The notes under the pieces were generated by a model, which worked only from the letters and a program-made list of their open reading frames with translations, was not told the DNA's origin and did no database searches. A stretch of DNA of 40,747 bases from a virus (Duplodnaviria > Caudoviricetes). Location of the stretch: positions 1-40,747 of the IMG/VR virus record IMGVR_UViG_3300037457_000083; one strand, 5' to 3'. Below are positions 8,068-16,776 of the stretch, piece after piece. The position numbers and the translations under genes were made by a program. How positions within the stretch are numbered: the first letter of the stretch is position 1; each line of letters starts with the position of its first letter.

Positions 8068-9756
8068 GTGGCTGGGAGGATCAGGCCTGTGGCTAGGCGG
8101 CGCGTGCTCTACGTTGGCGATTCGCTCGGGGTGGGCACTTCGCCTTACCTGGCGCGGCGCAGAGGGTTGCGGGTCGGGGCGGACGTTCGCGGTGGGCGGC
8201 CGTCGTCTGAGGGGCTGTCGGTGCTGTCGCAGAAGTTGCGGCCGAGGCATGACGCGGTGGTGTTCGACCTTGGGACGAACGATCCTGATGCTGGGGCGTT
8301 GCGGCGGTCGGTGCGGCGTGCGGACCGGGTGACTGGTGGCCGGGATCTGCTGTTGGCGACGGTGAACGGGCCGCAGGCTGGCCGGAAGAACAGGTTTCTG
8401 CGGCGCTATGCGCGGCGGAACGACGATGTGGAGCTGGTGCCGTGGGCTCGGCGTGGGCAGGTGGGCCCGGATGGGATCCATGCTGGGCCGGAGGGGTATC
8501 GGCAGCGGGCGGGGATGTTGGCGCGGGCGTTGCGGGGCGGCGGGGCGTCTGCAGGCGTCTCGGCGTCTGCTGCCGCGAACCGGATGGGGCTTGCTCCTGA
8601 CGTTGCGCGGGCGGTCAATCGGCATGGGGGTCGGCCGAAGTTCGACCGTTGGGCGCAGGGGACGTATGGGATCACGGGCCGCCAGTTGCTGGCGCGGCTG
8701 ACGGCTGGTGAGAATGCGGGCCGGATGGGCGGGGATCCGTCGTCGGCGGGGGCGCGTAGCGCGTTCCAGTTCATCCCGTCGACCAGGGAGGATTTCGTTT
8801 CGCGGTTCGGGCTCGACCCGTGGAAGAACGCGGACGAGTCGGCACGGTCGGCGATCATCCATCTGATGGGGCGGGGCGGCGCCTATGGGGGCGGGTTGGC
8901 GGGCTACAACCCTGGGGGCGGGCAGGCGTATGTCGATTACATCTTGGGGCAGCGCGTGGCGGGTTTCCGCGACCAGGGGGTTGGTGTTCGCGGTGGGGGT
9001 GGCGGGTCGGGACGTGGCGGGGGGCGTGGCGCGTCGGTGGTGCCGGCGTCGGTGTCGCGTGAGCAGGTGGTGCCGGGTGGTGCGGGGTTGGCGGGGCTGA
9101 TCTCGGCGTTGGCGGAGGAGCCGCCGCAGGCGCCGTCTGGGGGTGGGCCTACGCGCCCGGAGTTCGCCGCGGGACCGGTGGCGCCGGAGGGGTACCGGCC
9201 TGTCCCTGCCGGGGCGCCGCGGGAGCAGGGCCGGGATGTTGACGAGTTGATGGCGTTGGTGTCGTCGCTGGAGGGGCCGCGGGTCGCACGGTCGACGGTG
9301 ACGCCGGGGCGGGTGGTTGGTGGGGGCCGCCGTGGTCGGGTTGGGCGGGACGGGAAGGGCGGCGGTGGTCTTGGCGGCGTGGAGATCGTGCCGGATGGGT
9401 GGAAGGGCACGAAGCTCGCGATCGAGCCGGCGCGGCGGATCGCCGCAGGGCTTGGGATCGGGGTGTCGTCGGAGAAGCGGCCGACGGAGCGGACGGCGTC
9501 GGGGAACGTGTCCGACCACTTCGAGGGGAACACGTCGGCGTATGCGTTGGATCTGGACACGCCGGGCGACGATTCGCGGGAGGGCCATCGGCTGGCCCGC
9601 CGGATCGCGAAGGCGTACGGGGTGCGGTACCGGGCGAACAGCTACAGCTCGGGCGGCGAGTTCACGGCCGACGGGCGCCGCTACCGGATTCAAATTCTCT
9701 ACGGCTCAGGGGTGGACCACGGGGATCACGTGCATGTAGGCGTGGCGAGGCTCTGA
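8068..9756 (+). CDS. three-domain virion-associated cell-wall hydrolase: SGNH esterase + lysozyme-like transglycosylase + M15-like peptidase
   Basis: SGNH blocks VGDSL, GGR, DLGTND and DGIH. Lysozyme-like GEN...SSAGARSAFQFIPST...AGYNPG. C-terminal SDH...AYALD...HGDHVHVG. Confidence 0.7.
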   Translation: MAGRIRPVARRRVLYVGDSLGVGTSPYLARRRGLRVGADVRGGRPSSEGLSVLSQKLRPRHDAVVFDLGTNDPDAGALRRSVRRADRVTGGRDLLLATVNGPQAGRKNRFLRRYARRNDDVELVPWARRGQVGPDGIHAGPEGYRQRAGMLARALRGGGASAGVSASAAANRMGLAPDVARAVNRHGGRPKFDRWAQGTYGITGRQLLARLTAGENAGRMGGDPSSAGARSAFQFIPSTREDFVSRFGLDPWKNADESARSAIIHLMGRGGAYGGGLAGYNPGGGQAYVDYILGQRVAGFRDQGVGVRGGGGGSGRGGGRGASVVPASVSREQVVPGGAGLAGLISALAEEPPQAPSGGGPTRPEFAAGPVAPEGYRPVPAGAPREQGRDVDELMALVSSLEGPRVARSTVTPGRVVGGGRRGRVGRDGKGGGGLGGVEIVPDGWKGTKLAIEPARRIAAGLGIGVSSEKRPTERTASGNVSDHFEGNTSAYALDLDTPGDDSREGHRLARRIAKAYGVRYRANSYSSGGEFTADGRRYRIQILYGSGVDHGDHVHVGVARL

Positions 9757-9781
9757 TGGCGATTTGCGGGATTGGGCGGCT

Positions 9782-10006
9782 GTGAGCGTGGATGCGACGT
9801 CGGTTCGCCTCGACAGTCTTGAGCGGCGGATGTACGACGCGGAGCGCGACAAGGCTTCCCGCCGCGACCTCGACAATCTGCACGAGGACGTGAAGGAGTT
9901 GGCGGCCGAGGTGCGTTCTTTGCGCCGGGCGATCGTGGCGGCGGCTTTGGCGGTTGCGGGGTCGGCGATGGCGTTTGCGTTCACGATGATGCAGGTGACG
10001 GCGTGA
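9782..10006 (+). CDS. small coiled-coil protein with C-terminal TM helix (lysis-associated)
   Basis: Coiled-coil N-terminus then hydrophobic IVAAALAVAGSAMAFAFTMM; lies before the endolysin. Confidence 0.55.
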   Translation: MSVDATSVRLDSLERRMYDAERDKASRRDLDNLHEDVKELAAEVRSLRRAIVAAALAVAGSAMAFAFTMMQVTA

Positions 10007-10329
10007 GGGAGCGTCTGCGGCGCAGGCTTGCTGTTCGGGGTGCGGCTGCGGTGGCGGTTGTCGCTGCGCTGGTTGTGTTGGGGACGGTGGGGCTGGTTTT
10101 GGGGGCGGTGTCTGTGCGTCAGCATGACGTGGAGCGGTTGGCCGGCCAGATCCAGGAGTCGCGTCACGATTCGTTGTTGCGGTCGTGTCGTGCGGCGCGC
10201 CGTCAGAACAGGACGATCGTGCGGTTCGTGGTGAGGGTCGCTCCGTCCCTGCGCGAGGCGGTGCGTGAGGAGTTCCCTACGGGTCGGGACTGTCCGGCGT
10301 TCGCGGAGCGCCGCACGGCGCTGCCCTAG
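10003..10329 (+). CDS. membrane protein, N-terminal TM, two Cys (lysis-associated)
   Basis: GTGA overlap with the previous gene; long hydrophobic helix. Confidence 0.55.
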   Translation: MRERLRRRLAVRGAAAVAVVAALVVLGTVGLVLGAVSVRQHDVERLAGQIQESRHDSLLRSCRAARRQNRTIVRFVVRVAPSLREAVREEFPTGRDCPAFAERRTALP

Positions 10330-10366
10330 AGCTGTCTGTCGGCCGTCAGGGGTAGCGTCGCCGGGC

Positions 10367-11071
10367 ATGGCGACCTTGCGAGAGAGACTGGCGGCGCGGC
10401 GTGCGGAGCGTGAGCGTCAGCGGCGTCGCCGCGATGAGTTCTTGGCGCGGATGCGTCGCAACCGGAAGGCGTATCGGACGCTGCGTACGCGGGCGAAGCG
10501 TTCGGCGCGGCTGGTGCGCAGGTTGCGCCGTCGGATCATGGGCGCCCAGGTGCCCGGTGTTGTCGATGGCGGCTGGCATCCCCACGCGACGCGCATCCAG
10601 GTCCAGGGCGGGATCGGCGCGTTCCTGAACGTGCCGGCGAAGCTCGTGTGGCACACGACGGAGGGGTTCGGGCTGCCGGCCTACTCGGGGTCGCATCCGC
10701 ACTTCACGTTGGACCCGGCGTCGGGGAAGCTCTGGCAGCACATCCCGGTCACGTCCGGGGCGATGACGCTCAAAAACGCTTCGGGGGGCGTGGAGACGAA
10801 TCGCGCCCACGCGATCCAGGTCGAGCTGATCGGCTTCGCCGGGGAGACGCCCGACTGGCCGGCGTCCGACTACCGCGAGGTTGCGGAACTGGCCCGGTGG
10901 ATCGAGAAGCACACGGCCGTCAAGCGCCGGTGCTCGGTCAGGTTCGAGGCGCGCCACCACTCGCTGTCTGGCCAGGAGTGGCTGGACTACTCGGGTCACA
11001 TCGGCCACCAACACGTACCCGAGAACGACCATTGGGACCCGGGGCAGTTCCGAATAGGAGAGGTGATCTAG
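10367..11071 (+). CDS. endolysin, N-acetylmuramoyl-L-alanine amidase (Amidase_2-like) with Arg-rich N-terminal helix
   Basis: Motifs LVWHTTEG, PHF, AIQVELIG and HIGHQHVPENDHWDPG. -10 TAGCGT at 10353-10358 upstream of the ATG. Confidence 0.85.
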   Translation: MATLRERLAARRAERERQRRRRDEFLARMRRNRKAYRTLRTRAKRSARLVRRLRRRIMGAQVPGVVDGGWHPHATRIQVQGGIGAFLNVPAKLVWHTTEGFGLPAYSGSHPHFTLDPASGKLWQHIPVTSGAMTLKNASGGVETNRAHAIQVELIGFAGETPDWPASDYREVAELARWIEKHTAVKRRCSVRFEARHHSLSGQEWLDYSGHIGHQHVPENDHWDPGQFRIGEVI

Positions 11072-11260
11072 ATGGACGGGAAGCAGAAGACGGTTGGTGT
11101 GAGCCCGAAGGTGCCGGTCCAGGCGGTCGTGACGGTGATCGCGTTCTGCCTGACCTACTTCGGGGTTGAGTTGTCGCCGGAGGCGGCGGGGGGGATCTCG
11201 GCGGTGCTCGGCATCGTGGGCGGCGTGTTGGCGTCGCCGGGGACGGTGAAGGCGGCATGA
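11072..11260 (+). CDS. holin
   Basis: 62 aa with two TM helices, immediately after the endolysin. Confidence 0.7.
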   Translation: MDGKQKTVGVSPKVPVQAVVTVIAFCLTYFGVELSPEAAGGISAVLGIVGGVLASPGTVKAA

Positions 11261-11331
11261 GCATCGAGCGTGCGGTCGCGCTGGTGATCCTTGTCGTGCT
11301 CGCCGTCTACGTGGTCGACAGGCTGGCGTGA
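11257..11331 (+). CDS. 24-aa single-TM micropeptide
   Basis: ATGA overlap with the holin stop; MSIERAVALVILVVLAVYVVDRLA. Confidence 0.55.
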   Translation: MSIERAVALVILVVLAVYVVDRLA

Positions 11332-11420
11332 CGCTGCCGCGGATCATGGTGGTTGGGGTGCTGGTGACGGCGGCGGTGTTCGTCGCGGTGGTCTTGGGCG
11401 CCTATCTCGCGTCGCCGTAG
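11328..11420 (+). CDS. 30-aa single-TM micropeptide
   Basis: GTGA overlap; MTLPRIMVVGVLVTAAVFVAVVLGAYLASP. Confidence 0.55.
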   Translation: MTLPRIMVVGVLVTAAVFVAVVLGAYLASP

Positions 11421-11422
11421 CC

Positions 11423-11611
11423 GTGCCGCTGTCCAGGTACGACCGGCTGTACGGCGGGAAGCCGGGCGGTGCGGCGAAGGCGTTTGCGGCGATGCGGGGG
11501 ACGTATGGGGAGCGGAAGGGCCGCCAGGTGTTCTTCTCCGTTGCGGCTCAGCGGAAGCGGGAGGTTGAGGGGAAGGGCGGGTTGGTGCGCGCGGTCCGTT
11601 CCCGCGGGTAG
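11423..11611 (+). CDS. small basic hypothetical phage protein
   Basis: MPLSRYDRLYGGKPGGAAKAFAAMRGTYGERKGRQVFFS..., GTG start 2 nt after the previous stop. Confidence 0.55.
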   Translation: MPLSRYDRLYGGKPGGAAKAFAAMRGTYGERKGRQVFFSVAAQRKREVEGKGGLVRAVRSRG

Positions 11612-11625
11612 CGGCCTTCTGCTGC

Positions 11626-11655
11626 TTGACTTCTGTCATACGGTTGCGCTACGGT
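11626..11655 (+). promoter_or_regulatory. leaderless sigma-A-type early promoter overlapped by the repeated operator motif
   Basis: TTGACT 11626-11631, TACGGT 11650-11655, ATG 6 nt later. CTGTCATACGGTTGC lies between the boxes. Confidence 0.7.
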
Positions 11656-11661
11656 GGCCGC

Positions 11662-11850
11662 ATGAGTCAGCAGCAGGCGACACAGTTGCTCACGACGCGA
11701 CAGGTGGCGGAGTGGCTTGGGGTTCATGACGAGACGGTGCGGCGGTGGGTGAAGGCTGGGGTGCTGCGGTCTGTGCGGCTTGGCGGTGCGGTGCGGTTCG
11801 AGCGGTCGGAAGTGGACCGCATGATCGAGGAGGCGAAGGGCGATGCCTGA
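11662..11850 (+). CDS. excisionase-family / HTH_17 DNA-binding protein
   Basis: LLTTRQVAEWLGVHDETVRRWVKAGVLRSVRLGGAVRF is the typical Xis/HTH_17 pattern. Confidence 0.85.
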   Translation: MSQQQATQLLTTRQVAEWLGVHDETVRRWVKAGVLRSVRLGGAVRFERSEVDRMIEEAKGDA

Positions 11851-12790
11851 CGAGCCGACTGTGCAGGACGTGCCCGCAGAGGCCCCTGGGAGCCCGCCTG
11901 ACGCCACGGACGGGGTTGGGGCGGCTGACGCTACCCCTGGCCCGTCTGGGGCGGTAGAGGGGCCGCAGACGCTCGCTGGCGGGCGGTTCCCGGTGGAGGC
12001 GCTGCGGGACGGCGCGCGCGAGTTGCGGCGGCCGTTCACGGCGTACGCGGTGAAGTTCAAGGTACAGGCGACGTGGCCGCAGGGATCCCCTGCGACGGCG
12101 TTGGTGGTGCCGTACATCGACGCGCGGCTGGTGTCGGAGCGGCTGAATCTCGTGCTGCCGCATCTGTGGCACGACCCGGAGTACGTGTCGGGCCAGGACG
12201 GGACGCTCGTGTGCAGGCTGACCGTGGACGGGACCACCCGTCAGGACGTGGGGTCGGGCTACAAGGGCAAGGGCCTCTACTCGGACGCGTTCAAGCGGGC
12301 GGCGGTGAAGTTCGGGGTTGGGGTGTCGCTGTACGCGGTCCCGAAGATCGTGTTGGAGAAGAAGAATGGTGGGGTCAAGGAGACGGCGGCGGGCGGGAAG
12401 AAGACGTTGAAGTTGACCGACCAGGGTGACCGCGAGTGCCGTGAGCTGTACCAGCGGTGGCTTGATGCGCATGGTGCGCAGGCGTTCGGGCCGCCGCTCG
12501 ACCATGGGGACGTTGAGGGTGCGGCTGGGGATGTTGAGGCGGAGGCCGAGCCGGTGGCCCAGCAGCGGCCGGCGGAGCCCGCCCCGGCGGCGTTGGATGA
12601 CGAGGAGGCGTTGCGGCTGGTGGACGAGATCCGGTCGAAGTACGACCGGTTGCGCGAGGCGGACCGTGAGGTGTTGCCGCCGGCGCAGTTCAACTCGTGG
12701 ATGCAGCAGTCGCAGCATTCGCACCAGTTGCTGGTGCGGTTCTCGAAGCATCTGGACCAGTTGGTCGAGGAGGCGTCCGATGGCTCCTGA
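11843..12790 (+). CDS. Rad52/Rad22-family (Sak-like) single-strand annealing protein
   Basis: Motifs LRRPF, VPYIDARLVSERLN, CRLTVDGTTRQDVG and KGLYSDAFKRAAVKFGVGVSLY. Confidence 0.85.
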   Translation: MPDEPTVQDVPAEAPGSPPDATDGVGAADATPGPSGAVEGPQTLAGGRFPVEALRDGARELRRPFTAYAVKFKVQATWPQGSPATALVVPYIDARLVSERLNLVLPHLWHDPEYVSGQDGTLVCRLTVDGTTRQDVGSGYKGKGLYSDAFKRAAVKFGVGVSLYAVPKIVLEKKNGGVKETAAGGKKTLKLTDQGDRECRELYQRWLDAHGAQAFGPPLDHGDVEGAAGDVEAEAEPVAQQRPAEPAPAALDDEEALRLVDEIRSKYDRLREADREVLPPAQFNSWMQQSQHSHQLLVRFSKHLDQLVEEASDGS

Positions 12791-13379
12791 CCGGATCAAC
12801 GTGCTGCCGTACGGTGTCGTGGAGGGCGACGGCGCGGAGGGCGCCTACGTCCGCGCCGACATCGCCGTCGCGGCGTGGAAGGCGCTTGCGCGGTTCGGCC
12901 GCCACACACCTGAGTGTCCCGCCCCGGTCGGGCTCGGCTGCGACTGTGGGTGGGCGGAGCTGCGTGCGAGGCTTAGAACTTCACCCGACGACCCCGCCCC
13001 ACCTGACCCTCCCGGGGCGGGGGTAACAAGCGGCCGTCCTTCGGGCGGTGCGGCGGAATCCATCCCTCCGGCGCCGGGTGACCTAGCTGGCCGGGTCCGT
13101 GGCAGGGCCGACTTCCCCTTGGGCCTCGCGGACCCGGCCGAACACGTTGACCTTGACGATGTGCGCCACGACCTGTTGTGCCTGTTGGGCTCCTACGAGC
13201 AGCCGGGCCAGGACCCGCCCGAGGTCGACCAGTTGTACGGGCAGATGCTCCCGACGCCGCGGTGGGCGGTGCAGGAGGCTCTGGACGCGCTGGTCGAGGA
13301 CGGTGAGGTCGACACGTGGAAGATCCATAGGCGGCCCGTGCCGGCGGCGCGTTGGTACCGCCTCGTGGAGGTGGCGTGA
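12780..13379 (+). CDS. hypothetical protein (Zn-binding H/C motif, C-terminal winged-helix-like region)
   Basis: RBS GGAGG; HTPECP...CDCG; VQEALDALVEDGEV. Confidence 0.5.
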   Translation: MAPDRINVLPYGVVEGDGAEGAYVRADIAVAAWKALARFGRHTPECPAPVGLGCDCGWAELRARLRTSPDDPAPPDPPGAGVTSGRPSGGAAESIPPAPGDLAGRVRGRADFPLGLADPAEHVDLDDVRHDLLCLLGSYEQPGQDPPEVDQLYGQMLPTPRWAVQEALDALVEDGEVDTWKIHRRPVPAARWYRLVEVA

Positions 13380-13555
13380 TGGTGCCGTGGATCGTGATCG
13401 TCGCCGGGCTGGGGGTGCTCGCGGCGCTTGGTGTGTGGTGCCTGTTCGAGATGGCGCAGCACGCGGACCGCTCGGACATGGACGCCCGTCGGCGTGAACG
13501 TGCCCGCGAGGACGCGGCGATCCCGCTGCATTCGGAGAGGCCGCGGCATGGGTGA
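13379..13555 (+). CDS. small membrane protein
   Basis: Coupled start and N-terminal hydrophobic helix. Confidence 0.5.
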   Translation: MVPWIVIVAGLGVLAALGVWCLFEMAQHADRSDMDARRRERAREDAAIPLHSERPRHG

Positions 13556-13623
13556 CGCGCTGCTGATCGTGGGGTGGCTGTTGCTGTTGGGGCGGCTGTG
13601 GTGGGTTGAGGTCGGGAGGCACC

Positions 13624-13785
13624 TTGCCGGCTCGTAGGCTTCCTGTGGGCCGTCTGGTCGCTGACGTTGATCGTGCGCGTGCGCGGCAGGCGCGGCTTGC
13701 TGCTAGGGCGGCGCGGCAGGAGGCGGCGGCCAGGTTGGCGGTCCGGCCGGCGGGTGCGGTGCGGGTGCGTCGTGCCGGCGACTGA
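13624..13785 (+). CDS. small Arg/Ala-rich hypothetical protein (not in ORF track)
   Basis: GGAGG RBS before TTG; 53 aa MPARRLPVGRLVADVDRARARQ.... Confidence 0.4.
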   Translation: MPARRLPVGRLVADVDRARARQARLAARAARQEAAARLAVRPAGAVRVRRAGD

Positions 13786-14938
13786 CCCGCGCAAGCTGGC
13801 GCCCGTCGAGCCGGTCGACCTTCCGGCCCGGCTGTCGCAAACGCTGCTGCGCCACTTCGACCGTTGCGCCCGTTCCGGCTACCTGTACATGAAGCATGGG
13901 GGCGGGGTGCCGTCCCCGGCGATGGCCAGGGGGACGGCGTTCCACCTGTTCGCCGAGCGCGCTACCCGGCTGCTGGTCGAGGAGAGCGAGCCGAGGTTGC
14001 CGTATGACGTTGGGCGCGGGTTGATGGTCGAGGTGTTCGGCGAGGTCGACGTGCCCGTCGCCGAGCACGACCGTTTGCGGCAGATGGCCTACCACTGGTG
14101 TGAGGGGTTCGCGATCGACCCGGACAAGGTGGTCGCGGTCGAGCAGAAGATGGTCCTCGACATCGGCGGTTGGACCGTGTCGGGGAAGGTCGACTACGCG
14201 GAGCTTGCGGACGGGTTGTGCGCGGTGCGGGACTACAAGACGACGTTCAACCTGCCGGCCGTCGGGGACGTGGCGGTCGACGTTGGCGACGGCCGTCTGG
14301 CGCCGAGGGCGTTCCAACTGGTGCTGTATGTGCTGCTGCTGGCCTTCGGCCGGCCGGTGCGCGACGGTGGCGAGGTCGACCCGTTCCCGTTGGCCGGTGC
14401 GGCTGAGGCGTTTGACGCGTCCGAGGTGTACCCCGCCTACCTGCACGACGACGGGTTGCCGATGCGCGGCGGGGTGGTCGTGAAGGCGGAGCTTGCCGAC
14501 CACCTTGCGTCGGTGGAGGCGCTGGTCGCCCGGTTCGCCCGTGCGGCCGGGGCGTGGGAGTTCTCGGCGATGGACGGGCCGCACTGCGTGGAGTGCCCGG
14601 CCAGGCGCGAGTGTCCGCTGCCGGAGCATCTGCGCGACTTCCGTGGCCGGATCAACACGCCGGACGAGCTGTCGGAGGCCGCCCGCCTGCACTTCAAGCG
14701 CAAGGACGAGTTGGCGGCGGATTGGCGGGAGATCCGGGCGACCGCGGGGGTGTTGGCGCCGGTGCCTTTGGGCGACGGGTTCGAGCTTGCGTTCGTGTCG
14801 GAGGAGAAGCGGACGGTGGACCGTGATGGGATGGCGGCTGCGGCGGTCGAGGCGGCCGCCTACGGCACGCCGTTCGACCCGGACGACTTCGTGAAGGTCA
14901 CGACCTCGACGCCGTTGAAGCGGAGGCGGAGCGAGTGA
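13772..14938 (+). CDS. PD-(D/E)XK RecB/Cas4-like exonuclease with Fe-S cysteines
   Basis: LSQT...RC, RGTAFH, VEQKM, GKVD, RDYKT, FQLVLY and HCVECPARREC. Partner of the annealase. Confidence 0.85.
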   Translation: MPATDPRKLAPVEPVDLPARLSQTLLRHFDRCARSGYLYMKHGGGVPSPAMARGTAFHLFAERATRLLVEESEPRLPYDVGRGLMVEVFGEVDVPVAEHDRLRQMAYHWCEGFAIDPDKVVAVEQKMVLDIGGWTVSGKVDYAELADGLCAVRDYKTTFNLPAVGDVAVDVGDGRLAPRAFQLVLYVLLLAFGRPVRDGGEVDPFPLAGAAEAFDASEVYPAYLHDDGLPMRGGVVVKAELADHLASVEALVARFARAAGAWEFSAMDGPHCVECPARRECPLPEHLRDFRGRINTPDELSEAARLHFKRKDELAADWREIRATAGVLAPVPLGDGFELAFVSEEKRTVDRDGMAAAAVEAAAYGTPFDPDDFVKVTTSTPLKRRRSE

Positions 14939-15312
14939 GCTGGCGGCGCCGCACGCGAGCTGAGCGGGAGGCCGCGGACGCGTTCCACGCTGCGGGCCGC
15001 GCCCGGAACCGTGGGCGGTGCGTGAAGTGCGGGAAGCGCGCTGGCCGGTGGGCGCACCACGCCCCCGAACGACAGTGGCTACGCCGCCATGGGGTGCCGG
15101 AGTGGGACGCGGCGATCGCGGTTCCGGTGACGGACGACTGCCACGATCGTCACACGACGAAGGTGGCGCCGATCACGCGCGGCGAGCTTGAGCGCGCCGG
15201 GATCTGGCGGACGCTCGTGGAGTGGGCGATGCGGCAGGATGAGGCGTTGTTCCCTGGCCGCCAGCCGGTGTTGTCGAGGTTGGAGCGCGAGTACCCGGAG
15301 GTGCGACGGTGA
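14935..15312 (+). CDS. HNH-like Zn-binding protein
   Basis: CVKC...AHH...DDCHDRH. Confidence 0.55.
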   Translation: MSWRRRTRAEREAADAFHAAGRARNRGRCVKCGKRAGRWAHHAPERQWLRRHGVPEWDAAIAVPVTDDCHDRHTTKVAPITRGELERAGIWRTLVEWAMRQDEALFPGRQPVLSRLEREYPEVRR

Positions 15313-15806
15313 TGCTGGCCAGGCGCCATGTCAAGACGTGCGAGTCCTGCGGGTCCGAGTTCCGGTCGTCGAAGTCCCATGCCCGGTTCTGTCCGCCGCC
15401 GGCGAGGTGCAGGCAGCGGGCGGATGAGGCGGCCAAGCGTGTGTGCTGCGATCGGTGTGGGGGGCTGCTGGCGGCCGGGTCGAACTACCGGGGCAACGAG
15501 CGGTGCTGGCAGTGTCGGTCGCTCGACCGGGCTGAGCGTGCGGTGTTGATGATGCGCCTCCGTCGGGACGAGCGGTTGAGCAACGCGGAGGTCGCGGAGC
15601 GGGTCGGTCTGGCCGCCAATTCCGTTGAGGCCGAGTTCTCTCGGCTGCGGGCGGTCGGGTTCGATGTGCCGGGCGATCCGCATCGGTGTACGCCCCGGGT
15701 GGGTGGCGCCGCCTATGTCACGCGCGAGCACGAGGTGCTGTTGCGTTCGCTGGCCCGTTTGGGCGTGTACCCGGACACCTCGAAGGGGGTGTCCGATGGC
15801 TCCTGA
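15309..15806 (+). CDS. Zn-finger plus HTH protein
   Basis: CESC, FC...C, CDRC and CWQC, then LSNAEVAERVGLAANSVEAEFSRLR. Confidence 0.6.
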   Translation: MMLARRHVKTCESCGSEFRSSKSHARFCPPPARCRQRADEAAKRVCCDRCGGLLAAGSNYRGNERCWQCRSLDRAERAVLMMRLRRDERLSNAEVAERVGLAANSVEAEFSRLRAVGFDVPGDPHRCTPRVGGAAYVTREHEVLLRSLARLGVYPDTSKGVSDGS

Positions 15807-16002
15807 TCCGGCGGTGGGCGATAGCCGGGTCGTGCTGGTGGCGTTGAGCTATCGGGAGGCGGCGGAGGTTGAGTCGACGCTTGCCCAGCTCTTGGCTGCG
15901 CCCCGCCGCGAGCCGGGTGACCTGTACTTGCGGGGTGCGTGTAAGAAGCTGGCGAAGGGCATCCGGCGGAGCTACCAGGACACCTTGAAGGGAGACGGCT
16001 GA
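15796..16002 (+). CDS. hypothetical protein
   Basis: Start overlaps the previous stop; begins MAPD like the gene at 12780. Confidence 0.5.
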   Translation: MAPDPAVGDSRVVLVALSYREAAEVESTLAQLLAAPRREPGDLYLRGACKKLAKGIRRSYQDTLKGDG

Positions 16003-16176
16003 ATGGCGGGCGAGGAACATCGGCTCGATTCGGTCGTGACGAGCTTCATAGACCCCGGCTACTACGCGGATTGCTCGTGTGGTTGGAAGTCCGAGGGGTG
16101 CGGGTCGCTGGCTGAGGCGGCGTCGGCGCATCGGGAACACGAGCGCGAGTCGGCTGTCTCGAAGGGAGACGGCTAG
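16003..16176 (+). CDS. 57-aa Zn-binding hypothetical protein (not in ORF track)
   Basis: MAGEEHRL...ADCSCGW...AHREH; fills the gap between neighbours exactly. Confidence 0.6.
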   Translation: MAGEEHRLDSVVTSFIDPGYYADCSCGWKSEGCGSLAEAASAHREHERESAVSKGDG

Positions 16177-16776
16177 ATGGGCGACGAGCTGTTGCGTGTC
16201 TACGCGCCCGGCGAGGCCGGCCCGGACGGCTACCCGCTGGCGTGGCACGAGTCGATCAAGCACCATGTCCGCGAGCAGGCGGGCCATCGGTGCGTCCGTT
16301 GCGGCCACCCGTATGAGTGCGGGGTGTCGCCGGGCGAGTGGTCGCCGTGCGACGAGCGGTGCGAGCACGGCGGCCCTGTGCGATGGCGCGAGGACGGCGG
16401 CGACTGGCTCGGTCCTGGCGATCCGTTCGAGAGCGCCGCCGTCGGTGTGGAGATGTGGGATCACGTCGAGGCGCGCTGGCGCGTCCTGACGGTCCACCAC
16501 CTCGACTACGACAAGCTCAACTGCCGGTGGTTCAACCTCGCGGCGCTATGCCAGCGATGCCACCTGACGATCCAGGGCAAGGTCGTGATGGACCGCCGCT
16601 GGGCGCACGAGCACTCGGCCTGGTTCAGGCCCTACGTCGCGGGCTACTACGCATCCGTCTATCTCGGTGAGGAGTTGTCTCGTGGGGAGGCGGTTGCCCG
16701 TCAGGATGAGCTTCTGGCGTTGGAGCACCGTCAGCTTGATCTCGCGTCGGCTGTCTCTGGGGGAGCGGGCCGGTGA
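16177..16776 (+). CDS. HNH endonuclease
   Basis: HRCVRCG...LTVHHLDYDKLNCRWFNLAALCQRCH. Confidence 0.8.
   Translation: MGDELLRVYAPGEAGPDGYPLAWHESIKHHVREQAGHRCVRCGHPYECGVSPGEWSPCDERCEHGGPVRWREDGGDWLGPGDPFESAAVGVEMWDHVEARWRVLTVHHLDYDKLNCRWFNLAALCQRCHLTIQGKVVMDRRWAHEHSAWFRPYVAGYYASVYLGEELSRGEAVARQDELLALEHRQLDLASAVSGGAGR

Noticed and set aside
13772-14938. Cas4-like nuclease suggesting a CRISPR system
   Set aside because: No repeat-spacer array or other cas genes seen; context beside a Rad52-like annealase fits a phage recombination exonuclease.
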